Below, piece by piece: positions 1 through 10,385 of a stretch of DNA of 64,000 bases (positions are counted from its first letter, which is position 1; each line of letters opens with the position of its first letter). A program made the position numbers and the translations under genes. Origin of the DNA: Candidatus Daviesbacteria bacterium (GTDB lineage Bacteria; Patescibacteriota; Microgenomatia; Daviesbacterales; UBA10151); assembly GCA_030699125.1 (NCBI GenBank), contig JAUYKM010000016.1:12845-76844 (forward strand), written 5' to 3'. The notes beneath the pieces were generated by a model. It was given only the letters and a program-made list of their open reading frames with translations. It was not told where the DNA came from and did no database searches.

Positions 1-928
1 CAATGATTTTGGCAGTTTTTAGATCCATCATTTTATTTAAAACAATCACCCCTCCAAAAGCAGACACTGGATCAGCTGCAATTGCCCGCTCCAAGGCTTG
101 TTTTGAATCTTTTCCAATGGCGACGCCACAAGGACTGTGGTGTTTAATGACACATGCCACAGGCTCCTTAAACATCCTGACAGTCTCGAGCCCGGCAAAA
201 ACATCTCCCATATTTGTCCCTGATAAATCTCTTCCCCATAAGTGTTTAAGTTTGGCAAAAGGCGAGTTAGTGTTAGGGCTCAGATAAAATGCCCCCTTCT
301 GATGAGGATTTTCGCCGTAGCGCAAAATTTCCACTCTTCTGAAGGGTACTGTCAGCTCAGGTGGAAATAGCTCATCGGAAAAATATTTGCCAATCTGGGA
401 ATCATATACTGAAAGATGATAAAAAGCCTTCGCAGCCAAATGCTTTCTTAATTTAACCCCCAAACTGTTCCTGGCTAAAACATCTGCTATCATCTCATAA
501 TCATTTGGGTCAATTACCACCAAGACAGATTCATAATTTTTGGCAGCAGCTCTTACCATTGTTGGGCCGCCAACATCAATATTTTCCACATTTGGCTTTT
601 TCTCAAATGGGTAAAGATTACATATAACAATATCTATTCCAGGGATTCCCAATCTTTGCGCCTGTTTTACATGATCTGATTTTTTTCTGTCATATAATAT
701 CCCGCCTGCTATTTGGAAGCTGATAGTTTTTATCCTACCGTCAAATAATTCTCTGGGATTTTTGGTAATTTGTTCAATGGGGGTCGCCTTTATTCCATTC
801 TCAATTAAAATTTTATAAGTTCCCCCTGTTGAAATAATTTCATAATTTAAAGACCTTAAAACTTTGGCAAACTTTACTATTCCTTCCTTATTATATACGG
901 AGATGAGAGCAATTTTTTTCGAATTCAT
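1..928 (-). CDS. purH: Bifunctional AICAR transformylase/IMP cyclohydrolase, 5' part (runs off the window)
   Basis: Manual translation from ATG 928 gives MNSKKIALISVYNKEGIV...IISTGGT...NLYPF...ENIDVGGPTMVRAAAKN...LRYGENPHQ. It is absent from the ORF track because it has no stop in the window. Confidence 0.95.
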   Translation of the reverse strand, partial: MNSKKIALISVYNKEGIVKFAKVLRSLNYEIISTGGTYKILIENGIKATPIEQITKNPRELFDGRIKTISFQIAGGILYDRKKSDHVKQAQRLGIPGIDIVICNLYPFEKKPNVENIDVGGPTMVRAAAKNYESVLVVIDPNDYEMIADVLARNSLGVKLRKHLAAKAFYHLSVYDSQIGKYFSDELFPPELTVPFRRVEILRYGENPHQKGAFYLSPNTNSPFAKLKHLWGRDLSGTNMGDVFAGLETVRMFKEPVACVIKHHSPCGVAIGKDSKQALERAIAADPVSAFGGVIVLNKMMDLKTAKII

Positions 929-939
929 ATCCAAAAAAA

Positions 940-2028
940 TTAAGTCAGAATTTTATCCAACTCTCCCTTCTGGAGGGCAAGCTTAATTTCCATTGCTACC
1001 CTTTTCCCCATTGATAAATTCTCCCCATATAAATATCCGCTATATGGGGTGGAAAAAATTCCGGGACTTCCCGGCATTCTGGGAGAAACATCAAAAACAA
1101 TAATTTCTTTTTTAGGTGGCCCGGGAATTATCATAGTCTGCAATCCGAATGGACCAATAACCGGGACCTTCATTCTCTTTGTTGCTTTCATAAATCTTTC
1201 TCCAATTGCAAATGCATCTTCCAGTAATGATTCCAGAATACTAACTGAAATATGACCTGCCTCTTCATATTTAATCCTTCCACCTATGTCATGAAATTCT
1301 TGCTGATATTCCGGAGAAAGTTTGGATAAACCTTCATGATTAGTTTGCCGTCTCGTATCTGTACCAATAAGTTCAAGTCTTTCATTTATTGGACTATAGA
1401 AAAAATTAAAGTTAACTTGAACCCCAACAATAAATTCTTCAATAATCCCATTTTTCAAATTATTTTCTGCAATTTCTCCTTTATCTATTCTTTGTCTTGA
1501 TTTCGCAATATATTCCTTATAACTATTTACTAGAAAGAATGCTCTTTCGAATCCCCTCTCCTTTTCCAAAACTTTAATAATACAAAGTCTATCTATGTCT
1601 TTAGGACTATTAAATTGTTTAGGGTATCTGATTTTTTCGCTATCCAGTAGATCATATTGATTTGGTTTAATTCCCCGCTCTTCATATTTTAATAAAAATC
1701 TATTTCCAAACATGGGCACTTTAAATTTTTTCTCAATGGCATTGTAATCATTTATATAAACTTCAAATGACCTATGCGGAATAAAAATTACATTTCTTTT
1801 TATTAATTCTTTTTGTATCTGAGGTTTTAATATATCTCTAAAGTTATTCAATAAAAGCACTTCATCTACACAACCTAATCCATCTTTTGAGGCGTAATAT
1901 TTTTGATAAGTTTTCTCTCTCCCTTTTTGACAGATCACTAGAGTTTTAAAACCCTCGTCTTTGGCTCCACGGCATACATCTAATGCAGAATGAGAACCCA
2001 AGACAGCAATTGTGCGTTGTTTATCCAT
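940..2028 (-). CDS. purP: PurP-family ATP-grasp protein (formate-dependent AICAR formyltransferase-like), paralog 2
   Basis: LGSHSALDVCRGAKDEGFKT N-terminus, ERAFF and FDVSPRMPGSPG motifs; purine cluster context. Confidence 0.85.
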   Translation of the reverse strand: MDKQRTIAVLGSHSALDVCRGAKDEGFKTLVICQKGREKTYQKYYASKDGLGCVDEVLLLNNFRDILKPQIQKELIKRNVIFIPHRSFEVYINDYNAIEKKFKVPMFGNRFLLKYEERGIKPNQYDLLDSEKIRYPKQFNSPKDIDRLCIIKVLEKERGFERAFFLVNSYKEYIAKSRQRIDKGEIAENNLKNGIIEEFIVGVQVNFNFFYSPINERLELIGTDTRRQTNHEGLSKLSPEYQQEFHDIGGRIKYEEAGHISVSILESLLEDAFAIGERFMKATKRMKVPVIGPFGLQTMIIPGPPKKEIIVFDVSPRMPGSPGIFSTPYSGYLYGENLSMGKRVAMEIKLALQKGELDKILT

Positions 2029-3044
2029 TAATCTAGAACTTCCTTTAACTTATTTTTTTTGATGGCGTTTTTGATTTCTCTAGCTATACGACGCCCGGTA
2101 GACATTGGCTCATCATAAAGCAAATATGTATATGGCGATCCATCAATGAAACAATTAGTACCGGCCACAATTCTGGCTGATATTTCTATTGTAAAAATTT
2201 CCTCAGTTGAGGTAATAATTGTCTCCAGACAAAATGGACCAAATAATCCTTTGGGTGGCATTAATTTTTGAGATACATTAATCACCCGATCTGCCATTGA
2301 CATTGCCTCAGCCAACATTGACTCCCTAACAGCCATCGGGATATTGGCAACCACTTCAAAAGATGGCTCAATATTTAAACCTTGCTGATTTTTTGCAGGA
2401 ATTCGACCCAAAGAATCAACATTAGTTTCATATCGTTTATCAACACTCATTACTTCTAATTTTTTAGTTAAAGTTGAGTAGAAAAAATGAAAATAAACCG
2501 GAACTCCAATAACATATTCCTGGACGATGAACCGCGCTTCTTCAAAGGTTTTCAGCCGCTCATCAAGTTCCTTCTGGTTTTTAGCAACAAAGTATCCCTT
2601 GCCGCCGGCAGCTCCATATGATTTAACAATCACAGGCTTATCTATTCGATCACCCTTTCTATAACGGTGAGGTAGTTTTACCCCTGCCTCTTCCATCCAA
2701 AGCCTTTGCATTTTTCTATTTTCTTCCCAATCCAAAACTAATTTATTACCAAAATAAGGAACCTTCATTTGTTTGTTTTGATCAAGTCCCAAATAAGCCA
2801 CAAAAGAACCGTGGGGAATAATAATACAATTCTTCTTAAGTAGCTGGATTTCAAGTTTTGGAAAATCATCCCAGGATTCTATTTGAATTATTTCATCAAT
2901 GAATTTATCGTAGTATCTATAAAGTGTGGTTCTATCAGGAGTACAAATTACTAAAGTTTTAAACCCTTCATCTTTGGCGCCTTTTAAAATTTGCAAAGCG
3001 GAGTGAGAACCAAAAGTGGCAATTGTGTAATTTCTAAATCCCAT
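2028..3044 (-). CDS. purP: PurP 5-formaminoimidazole-4-carboxamide ribonucleotide synthetase, paralog 1
   Basis: FGSHSALQILKGAKDEGF, IPHGSFVAY, GGKGYF, GPFCLET and EISARIVAGTN motifs. Confidence 0.9.
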   Translation of the reverse strand: MGFRNYTIATFGSHSALQILKGAKDEGFKTLVICTPDRTTLYRYYDKFIDEIIQIESWDDFPKLEIQLLKKNCIIIPHGSFVAYLGLDQNKQMKVPYFGNKLVLDWEENRKMQRLWMEEAGVKLPHRYRKGDRIDKPVIVKSYGAAGGKGYFVAKNQKELDERLKTFEEARFIVQEYVIGVPVYFHFFYSTLTKKLEVMSVDKRYETNVDSLGRIPAKNQQGLNIEPSFEVVANIPMAVRESMLAEAMSMADRVINVSQKLMPPKGLFGPFCLETIITSTEEIFTIEISARIVAGTNCFIDGSPYTYLLYDEPMSTGRRIAREIKNAIKKNKLKEVLD

Positions 3045-4346
<1,302 letters not shown>

Positions 4347-4361
4347 TAAAATACCTTCTGT

Positions 4362-4811
4362 ATGCAAAGTCATGAAAGACCAATTTTTACAGATCTTGCT
4401 AGTCAAGCATTAAATGCTCGCCCTGCTTTTCGTAATCTACCCCAAACTCTCCAACTAGAGGTAACCGACGGTGTTACTCAATTGATCACAGATTTGGATC
4501 GTATATGTAAAAGTAGTTGGAATAACGTAACCTTCTCAGGATGGAGAATCTTAGTTTTCAGTCATCCTTATGCAGGTGATACTAATTTAGCACAGTCATT
4601 AAGGCAACAAATAAAAGATTGTGGTATGCATCCCAAAACAGCTGCTGCTTTAGTCAATGGTTCTTTAAGAGACTCTGTCATGATGATCCAAAGCCATGTT
4701 ACAACCATGGAAGAGCTAAAACGTATTTTGGGAAAGTTTGAAAGAGGAAAAGCAGGGTCAGAAGGCAGAACTTTTCATAGTAATGAAGTAGGTCCTCCTG
4801 ATACTATTTGA
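4362..4811 (+). CDS. Hypothetical protein
   Basis: 149-aa ORF with an upstream TGaTAAAAT -10 box; no recognisable motif. Confidence 0.6.
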   Translation: MQSHERPIFTDLASQALNARPAFRNLPQTLQLEVTDGVTQLITDLDRICKSSWNNVTFSGWRILVFSHPYAGDTNLAQSLRQQIKDCGMHPKTAAALVNGSLRDSVMMIQSHVTTMEELKRILGKFERGKAGSEGRTFHSNEVGPPDTI

Positions 4812-4846
4812 ACTGGATTACGGAGTGGATATAGTGGGTATTAAAA

Positions 4847-4882
4847 TTATTCCCACTCCATAGTTGCTGGGGGTTTGGTGGT
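4847..4882 (-). repeat. Displaced duplicate of the guaA 3' end (encodes TTKPPATMEWE*)
   Basis: 32/36 nt identical to 5432..5467; all 4 differences are at synonymous third codon positions. Confidence 0.92.
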
Positions 4883-4886
4883 AAAT

Positions 4887-5120
4887 TTAGAATTGAACTA
4901 CTGGTACATCTATTCTTGTAACAGAGCTTTTTCTTTTTAAAACTTCTTGAATTCTTTGATCAATTTGATGACTAACTTTAGCATCAAAATATCTTTCTCC
5001 ACATTTAGTACAAATTAAACTAGGCACATCATTTAATGCAATCAGTTCCTTTCCCCAATATCGAGCAATATCCACATTTTCTCTTTTTAATTTTCCACCA
5101 CATTGATAGCATTTATTCAT
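4887..5120 (-). CDS. YgiT-type zinc-finger (MqsA N-terminal-like) antitoxin
   Basis: CYQCGG...NDVPSLICTKCGERYF pattern; directly downstream of a DUF4258 gene. Confidence 0.85.
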   Translation of the reverse strand: MNKCYQCGGKLKRENVDIARYWGKELIALNDVPSLICTKCGERYFDAKVSHQIDQRIQEVLKRKSSVTRIDVPVVQF

Positions 5121-5123
5121 ATT

Positions 5124-5429
5124 TCACCTCTTTCTAATTGTACCACCAATCCATTCTACTTGGCTAGGTATATAATTGGTAACAATCACAGGTTTACCAA
5201 ATCTTAAACCAATTACTACGTGAACCAATCTACCATCGTTAGTTTTACCAGCAATTAGCCTACTTTCTCCTCTTGGATCATCCAGTCTTTCCTCTATTAC
5301 TCTACCAGATAACACTACTTTTTCCACCTCTTGGGCTGTTAAATTATCTTTGGTTCTTTCTTCATCAGCATGATCAGAAAATAAATAATCTTTTTTCTTT
5401 ATTCGTCTTTGAATTTCTTTAAAAGTCAT
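5124..5429 (-). CDS. DUF4258-family putative toxin
   Basis: FSDHADEERTKDNLT...DDPRGESRLIAGKT...VHVVIG...IVTNYIP...W pattern; ATG 2 nt after the guaA stop. Confidence 0.85.
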   Translation of the reverse strand: MTFKEIQRRIKKKDYLFSDHADEERTKDNLTAQEVEKVVLSGRVIEERLDDPRGESRLIAGKTNDGRLVHVVIGLRFGKPVIVTNYIPSQVEWIGGTIRKR

Positions 5430-5431
5430 TG

Positions 5432-6970
5432 TTACTCCCATTCCATAGTTGCTGGAGGTTTAGTGGTGATGTCATAAACTACCCTGGAAACTCCCGGGAC
5501 TTCATTGACAATTCTGGAGGAAATTTTTTGCAAAATTTCATAGGGGATTTTGGACCAAACTGTAGTCATCACATCTTTGGACTCAATAATTCTTATTGCC
5601 ATAACTTCCAAGTGAGAGCGCTCATCACCTTTGACTGCCGTACTTTTGGTATCAGTTAAAATGGCAAAACTCATATAAACTTTATCGTAAAGATTGGCTT
5701 TTGTTACTTCCTCAACCACTATTGCATCAGCCTGTTGTTGTCTTTCCAAACGCTCTTTTGTCACTTCCCCAATAATCCGAATGGCTTGTCCAGGTCCTGG
5801 AAAAACTTGCTTGGAGACTACTTCATTTGGTAACCCCAGTTTTTCCCCAATCAATCTCACTTCATCTTTATAAAAATTTCTCAAAGGTTCCAAAAGCACA
5901 AGACTCATCTCATCCGGCAATCCCCCAACATTATGATGAGATTTAATCTTATCTGCCTTTTTGGTTCCCCTACTTTCAATCACATCAGAATAAATTGTTC
6001 CCTGGGCTAAAAACTTTACTCCCTTTAACTTTTTGGCCTCTCTTTCGAATAGTTTAATATAAAGAGCACCAATGGTTTTTCTTTTTTGCTCCGGATCTGT
6101 AATATCTTTGAGGGCAGAGAGAAACTGCTTTTTGGCATCAACAATAATGGGATTTAACCTTAGATGTTTTTGGAAAATTTGTAAAACTTCCTCTTTGGTG
6201 CCAATTCTCATCAACCCGCTTTCAATATAAATAGGATATAAATTTTTACCAATGGCTTGACCAATCAAAGCTGCCGCCACTGTTGAATCCACCCCCCCGG
6301 AAACTGCACAGATAACTTTATTATTTCCCACCTTCTGTTCTATATTTTCAATAATGGCATTAACATTGATTGATTGCTTAACGATTTTTTCTCCACAAAT
6401 ATTTTGGGCAAAGTTAATAAGAATTTTTAAACCAAAGACAGTGTGCATAACTTCCGGATGGAACTGCACCCCAAAAATCTTATTTCTTAAATCTGCCACT
6501 GCTGCTGCTTTAACAGAATCTGTTTCTCCTAAATATGTAAAACCTTTGGGGATGATCACCACGCTGTCTCCGTGACTAACCCAAACAACAGAGTTATTTT
6601 CCACGCCGGAAAGAATACCCCCTTCATTTATTATGATCAGGTTGGCCGGTCCATATTCTTTATGTCCTGAAACTACTTTACCTCCCAAAAGACGGGCTGT
6701 TAGCTGCCAACCGTAACAGATTCCAAGAATTGGAATTCCCAAACTGAAAATTTTTTTATCAATCGTGGGAGCGCCTTTACTGTATACAGATGCCGGACCT
6801 CCTGAAAGAATAATTCCAGCCACTTCATCGTCATTCCCGCGAAGGCGGGAATCCATAATAAACTTAACAGCATCTTCCGGATCAACAATCTTTACCAAAA
6901 CACCATGATCCCGAAGTCTTCTTCCAATTAAATGTGCAGTTTGTGACCCAAAATCAACTAGAGTTATCAT
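5432..6970 (-). CDS. guaA: GMP synthase (glutamine-hydrolysing)
   Basis: DFGSQ, GICYG, QFHPEV, SGGVDS, IKSHHNVGGLP and ITTKPPATMEWE motifs. Confidence 0.98.
   Translation of the reverse strand: MITLVDFGSQTAHLIGRRLRDHGVLVKIVDPEDAVKFIMDSRLRGNDDEVAGIILSGGPASVYSKGAPTIDKKIFSLGIPILGICYGWQLTARLLGGKVVSGHKEYGPANLIIINEGGILSGVENNSVVWVSHGDSVVIIPKGFTYLGETDSVKAAAVADLRNKIFGVQFHPEVMHTVFGLKILINFAQNICGEKIVKQSINVNAIIENIEQKVGNNKVICAVSGGVDSTVAAALIGQAIGKNLYPIYIESGLMRIGTKEEVLQIFQKHLRLNPIIVDAKKQFLSALKDITDPEQKRKTIGALYIKLFEREAKKLKGVKFLAQGTIYSDVIESRGTKKADKIKSHHNVGGLPDEMSLVLLEPLRNFYKDEVRLIGEKLGLPNEVVSKQVFPGPGQAIRIIGEVTKERLERQQQADAIVVEEVTKANLYDKVYMSFAILTDTKSTAVKGDERSHLEVMAIRIIESKDVMTTVWSKIPYEILQKISSRIVNEVPGVSRVVYDITTKPPATMEWE
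6830..6855. repeat. Palindromic element family A (dRS3-like ATTCCC-N8-GGGAAT), in frame in guaA
   Basis: GTCATTCCCGCGAAGGCGGGAATCCA; encodes MDSRLRGND. Confidence 0.85.
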
Positions 6971-7746
6971 GAGTTTTCCTTAATATAATTTATCATCTCT
7001 TCAAATATAAATGCGCCATGGGGCTTTATGAGTTTTTCACGACGCCAATTAGGATATTGAGTAATATCCACAAATTTCTCAGGATGCGGCATTAATCCCA
7101 AAATTCTACCTGAAGGATCCGTCACTCCGGCTATTGCATTTAAGGATCCGTTTGGATTTTCAGGATAACTTTGTATAGGATTTCCGTCGCTATCAACATA
7201 CCTAAATACCACTAAGTTCTGTGTTTCTATCTTCTTCAACGTCTCTGCGTTCCCAAGGAATTTTCCTTCCCCATGATTAACAGCAAAATGCCCTACACCG
7301 TAGTCTCCTTTAAGAAATACACATTTGCTTTTTTCATTTTTTAAATCAACCCATCTGCACTCAAAATGTCCGCTATCATTAGGAGCCAGCGTTGCATCCA
7401 TTTTTCCCATATTCCCAAAAGGCAAAAGGCCACATCTTACAAGAACCTGAAATCCATTACAAATGCCAATAATCAGTCCCCCTCTTTTTCTAAAATTTTC
7501 TATCTCATCCCTTAAAAAACTTATCAGCTCAATGGCCCAAATCTTTCCAGATACTACATCATCTCCATAAGAAAATCCTCCCGGTAAAGCCAGGATACGG
7601 AAATCTTTGAGAGTTTTAGGTCTATTTCTTAACTCGTTAATATGAACAAATTGCGGATTTCCTCCGAATTTTTTGAAAGCATAAAAAAGCTCATTATCAC
7701 AATTGGTGCCATCAGATTGTAAAATGCAAACATTGACTTTTTTCAT
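6967..7746 (-). CDS. purQ: FGAM synthase glutaminase subunit
   Basis: GTNCD, PGGFSYGD, GICNGFQ and GLMPHPE motifs; ATG 7746 overlaps the purL stop. Confidence 0.95.
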   Translation of the reverse strand: MKKVNVCILQSDGTNCDNELFYAFKKFGGNPQFVHINELRNRPKTLKDFRILALPGGFSYGDDVVSGKIWAIELISFLRDEIENFRKRGGLIIGICNGFQVLVRCGLLPFGNMGKMDATLAPNDSGHFECRWVDLKNEKSKCVFLKGDYGVGHFAVNHGEGKFLGNAETLKKIETQNLVVFRYVDSDGNPIQSYPENPNGSLNAIAGVTDPSGRILGLMPHPEKFVDITQYPNWRREKLIKPHGAFIFEEMINYIKENS

Positions 7747-10385
7747 CCAAATACCTCCATCATTGGTCTTGACCAAGCTTTTTGTAACCTATCTATATCA
7801 GTTGTAAACAAATTTTCAACCATCAACTTTTCATCTTTAATAGTTTTTCCTAATATTTCATAGGGAATCCCCTTAAATAATTTTTTGGCAATTTCTTCAT
7901 TTTTCACTTCAACAATAAAACATCCTGCAGTTTCACTTAGCAACTTTTTACCATCGACTTTAATCTTTACTCCACAGTTTCCTCCCACACACATTTCAAA
8001 GATTGTCGTAATTGGCCCCCCTTCACTGACATCATGACACGCTAAAACTTGTCCCTCTTTAATTGCTTTATAAATTTTTTCTAAGACTTTCGGTAAAATT
8101 TTTATATCTATATATGAAATTTCATTTTCCAGATCTTGTTTTCCAACTAATACAATTGTTGAACCAATCTTTTTAAAATCGGATGAAATTGTTTTTTTAG
8201 CATCGGGAATCCTCCCAAAAACTGAAATGCAAAGAGTAGGTGGACTATGTAGAACAAATCCATTTGATCCGCGATACGTTGCAGACAGACTATCTTTTCC
8301 GGAAATAACCGGAATTTTAAGCGCTTTCATAAAATCGCAAACAGCATCAACACATCTGTCTAATTTCCCTAACCATTCCTCATCAGGAAAAGGCCAAATA
8401 TAATTATTAATCAAGGATGCATTTTTATAATCACCCCCAACTGCAACATAGTTTGAGATTGCCTCTGATGCTGCCCAAATACTTCCCCAATATGGATCAC
8501 TCATAGTAAAAGCTGGATTAAGCCCGTGAGAAACAATCAGTCCATAAGGCTTATCTAAAATTGGTTTAATAACTGCGGCATCATTAGGTCCATCCATTCC
8601 AACTCCAGTAAATGGATGCAGGGCATTTGTCCCCTGCACATTATGGTCATACATCCTAAGTATCGGCTCTTTAGAATTTATATTCCCATGACTTAAAATC
8701 TTTTCTAAATGGTTTATCCACCCCTTTTTTGTCTTTGGTATGTTCAGGTGCGACCTTGACCAAGGTGCAACCTTAACATTGGTTGCGTGCATAACACGTT
8801 GTGGCAGTCCTCCGTACAGAAACTTCATCTCCAAATCTCCTACTTTTTCTTTTCCATAAAATACTTGTAGCCTTTTGCTGCCATCAAATTCGCCAATTTC
8901 AGTTGTCTCCACATTATATTTTTTACAGATCTTTACAAATTCTTTAAGGTTTTTTTTAGGAAGAACTATTAACATTCTTTCCTGTGATTCGGATACCCAA
9001 ATTTCCCAAGGTGACAAACCCTGATATTTGAGTGGAGCTTTTTCCAGATGAACTGTTACCCCTACTTTTTCTCCCATTTCTCCAATAGCAGAAGATAAAC
9101 CACCTGCTCCCAAATCCTGTACTGCTCTTATTAAGTCTTTATCTCTTGCCTCAAGTATGGCATCAAAAGTTCTTTTCTCCTCTATAGCATTTCCTATTTG
9201 TACGGCTGTTGCATTAACTTTAACAGTTTTCTCGCTCATGACAGCAGATGAAAATGTAGCACCATGTATCCCGTCTCTTCCTGTTTTTCCTCCAATCACA
9301 ACTGCCAGATCAGCTATTTTGGGTTTACCCTTTTCCGCTTTATTTCTTGGCAAAATCCCATATGATCCAACCAAAACTATTGGCTTGGCTCTAAAATCTT
9401 CGTGAAAATGAAATGAACCGTTATTGGAAGGGATACCGATTCTATTTCCATAATCCCTCACAGCTGCCACCACTCTTTTCAATATATAGTCCGGAGGTAG
9501 CGTGCCGGCAGGTAATTTATTTTTTGGTGTGTTTGGTGGAGCCAAACAAAAGATATCAGTTGATATTAAACATTTTGCTCCCTGGCCTGTTGCCACAATA
9601 TCTCTAAAAACTCCGCCAGATCCGGTCATGGCACCACCATATGGTTCAATAGCTGAGGGAGCATTGTGAGTTTCTGCTTTTCCATTTATTGCCAGTCCAT
9701 CATAAAAATCCATTACTCCTGAATTATCGACAAAAGCTGAAACTATATTTTTTTTGTGTTTATATGCTTCTTTTTTTATTCTCTCAATTAGCGGCATCTT
9801 ATTTTTTCCATCAACGACCAATTTGGCTTTAAAGGTTTTATGGGCACAATGCTCGCTCCAAGTTTGAGCCAAAGTTTCCAGTTCCAAATCTGTGGGATCT
9901 CTTTTTATTTTTTGAAAATAATTTTGAATTGTTTTCATCTCTTCCAAATTTAAGAAAAGCTTATCTTTTGATAATAAAAGTAGTTCCTTATCTTCCATTT
10001 CTCTTATAGGAACAACTGCAGTTTTTCCTACCCTTTCTTTTATTAGAAGTGTTGTTGGTTCTTTTTTTACAATATTTTCTATTAGTGGATTGAAAGCGGG
10101 CGCTTTATTTAAGTATTCCTTTGAGGAATCACAAGCAATAAGATTTACTTTTAAATCTCTGGCAGCTTTAATAATTGAGGCGACCTCCGGATTCATTACC
10201 CCCATCTTATAGGCAATTTCAATTACATTGAAAAAAATCGATTTATTAATAGTATAGGTTTGATTTATGTTTTCACAGAATAGTTTTTCAGCCAAAATTT
10301 TTGCCTGTTTTTCTGTTATTCCCTCCAAACGGTAAACTTTTGCTGTTGGATTTTTATTTGTTCTAACTCTAACAGTCTGAATCAT
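7743..10385 (-). CDS. purL: FGAM synthase synthetase subunit with a PurS-like N-terminal extension
   Basis: QTWSEHCAHKTF, ETHNAPSAIEPYGGA, DLGAGGLS, SESQERM and HDVSEGG motifs. Confidence 0.95.
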   Translation of the reverse strand: MIQTVRVRTNKNPTAKVYRLEGITEKQAKILAEKLFCENINQTYTINKSIFFNVIEIAYKMGVMNPEVASIIKAARDLKVNLIACDSSKEYLNKAPAFNPLIENIVKKEPTTLLIKERVGKTAVVPIREMEDKELLLLSKDKLFLNLEEMKTIQNYFQKIKRDPTDLELETLAQTWSEHCAHKTFKAKLVVDGKNKMPLIERIKKEAYKHKKNIVSAFVDNSGVMDFYDGLAINGKAETHNAPSAIEPYGGAMTGSGGVFRDIVATGQGAKCLISTDIFCLAPPNTPKNKLPAGTLPPDYILKRVVAAVRDYGNRIGIPSNNGSFHFHEDFRAKPIVLVGSYGILPRNKAEKGKPKIADLAVVIGGKTGRDGIHGATFSSAVMSEKTVKVNATAVQIGNAIEEKRTFDAILEARDKDLIRAVQDLGAGGLSSAIGEMGEKVGVTVHLEKAPLKYQGLSPWEIWVSESQERMLIVLPKKNLKEFVKICKKYNVETTEIGEFDGSKRLQVFYGKEKVGDLEMKFLYGGLPQRVMHATNVKVAPWSRSHLNIPKTKKGWINHLEKILSHGNINSKEPILRMYDHNVQGTNALHPFTGVGMDGPNDAAVIKPILDKPYGLIVSHGLNPAFTMSDPYWGSIWAASEAISNYVAVGGDYKNASLINNYIWPFPDEEWLGKLDRCVDAVCDFMKALKIPVISGKDSLSATYRGSNGFVLHSPPTLCISVFGRIPDAKKTISSDFKKIGSTIVLVGKQDLENEISYIDIKILPKVLEKIYKAIKEGQVLACHDVSEGGPITTIFEMCVGGNCGVKIKVDGKKLLSETAGCFIVEVKNEEIAKKLFKGIPYEILGKTIKDEKLMVENLFTTDIDRLQKAWSRPMMEVFG
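8746..8774. repeat. Tandem AGGT-N3-ACCT palindromes in frame in purL
   Basis: AGGTGCGACCTTGACCAAGGTGCAACCTT; encodes KVAPWSRSHL. Confidence 0.55.

Larger units (their letters stand above)
4883..5467 (-). mobile_element. Integrated toxin-antitoxin islet that supplies the current guaA 3' end
   Basis: TA pair lies between two copies of the guaA 3'-terminal 36 bp; no integrase inside. Confidence 0.7.

Noticed and set aside
3-287. ORF-track entries 3..287 (+) and 46..258 (-)
   Set aside because: Shadow frames of purH, which the track missed because it runs off the window.
6700-6888. Short ORF containing WIPAFAGMT (also 59369..59572 MDSCIRRND)
   Set aside because: Alternative-frame readings of family A repeats inside real genes, not independent genes.
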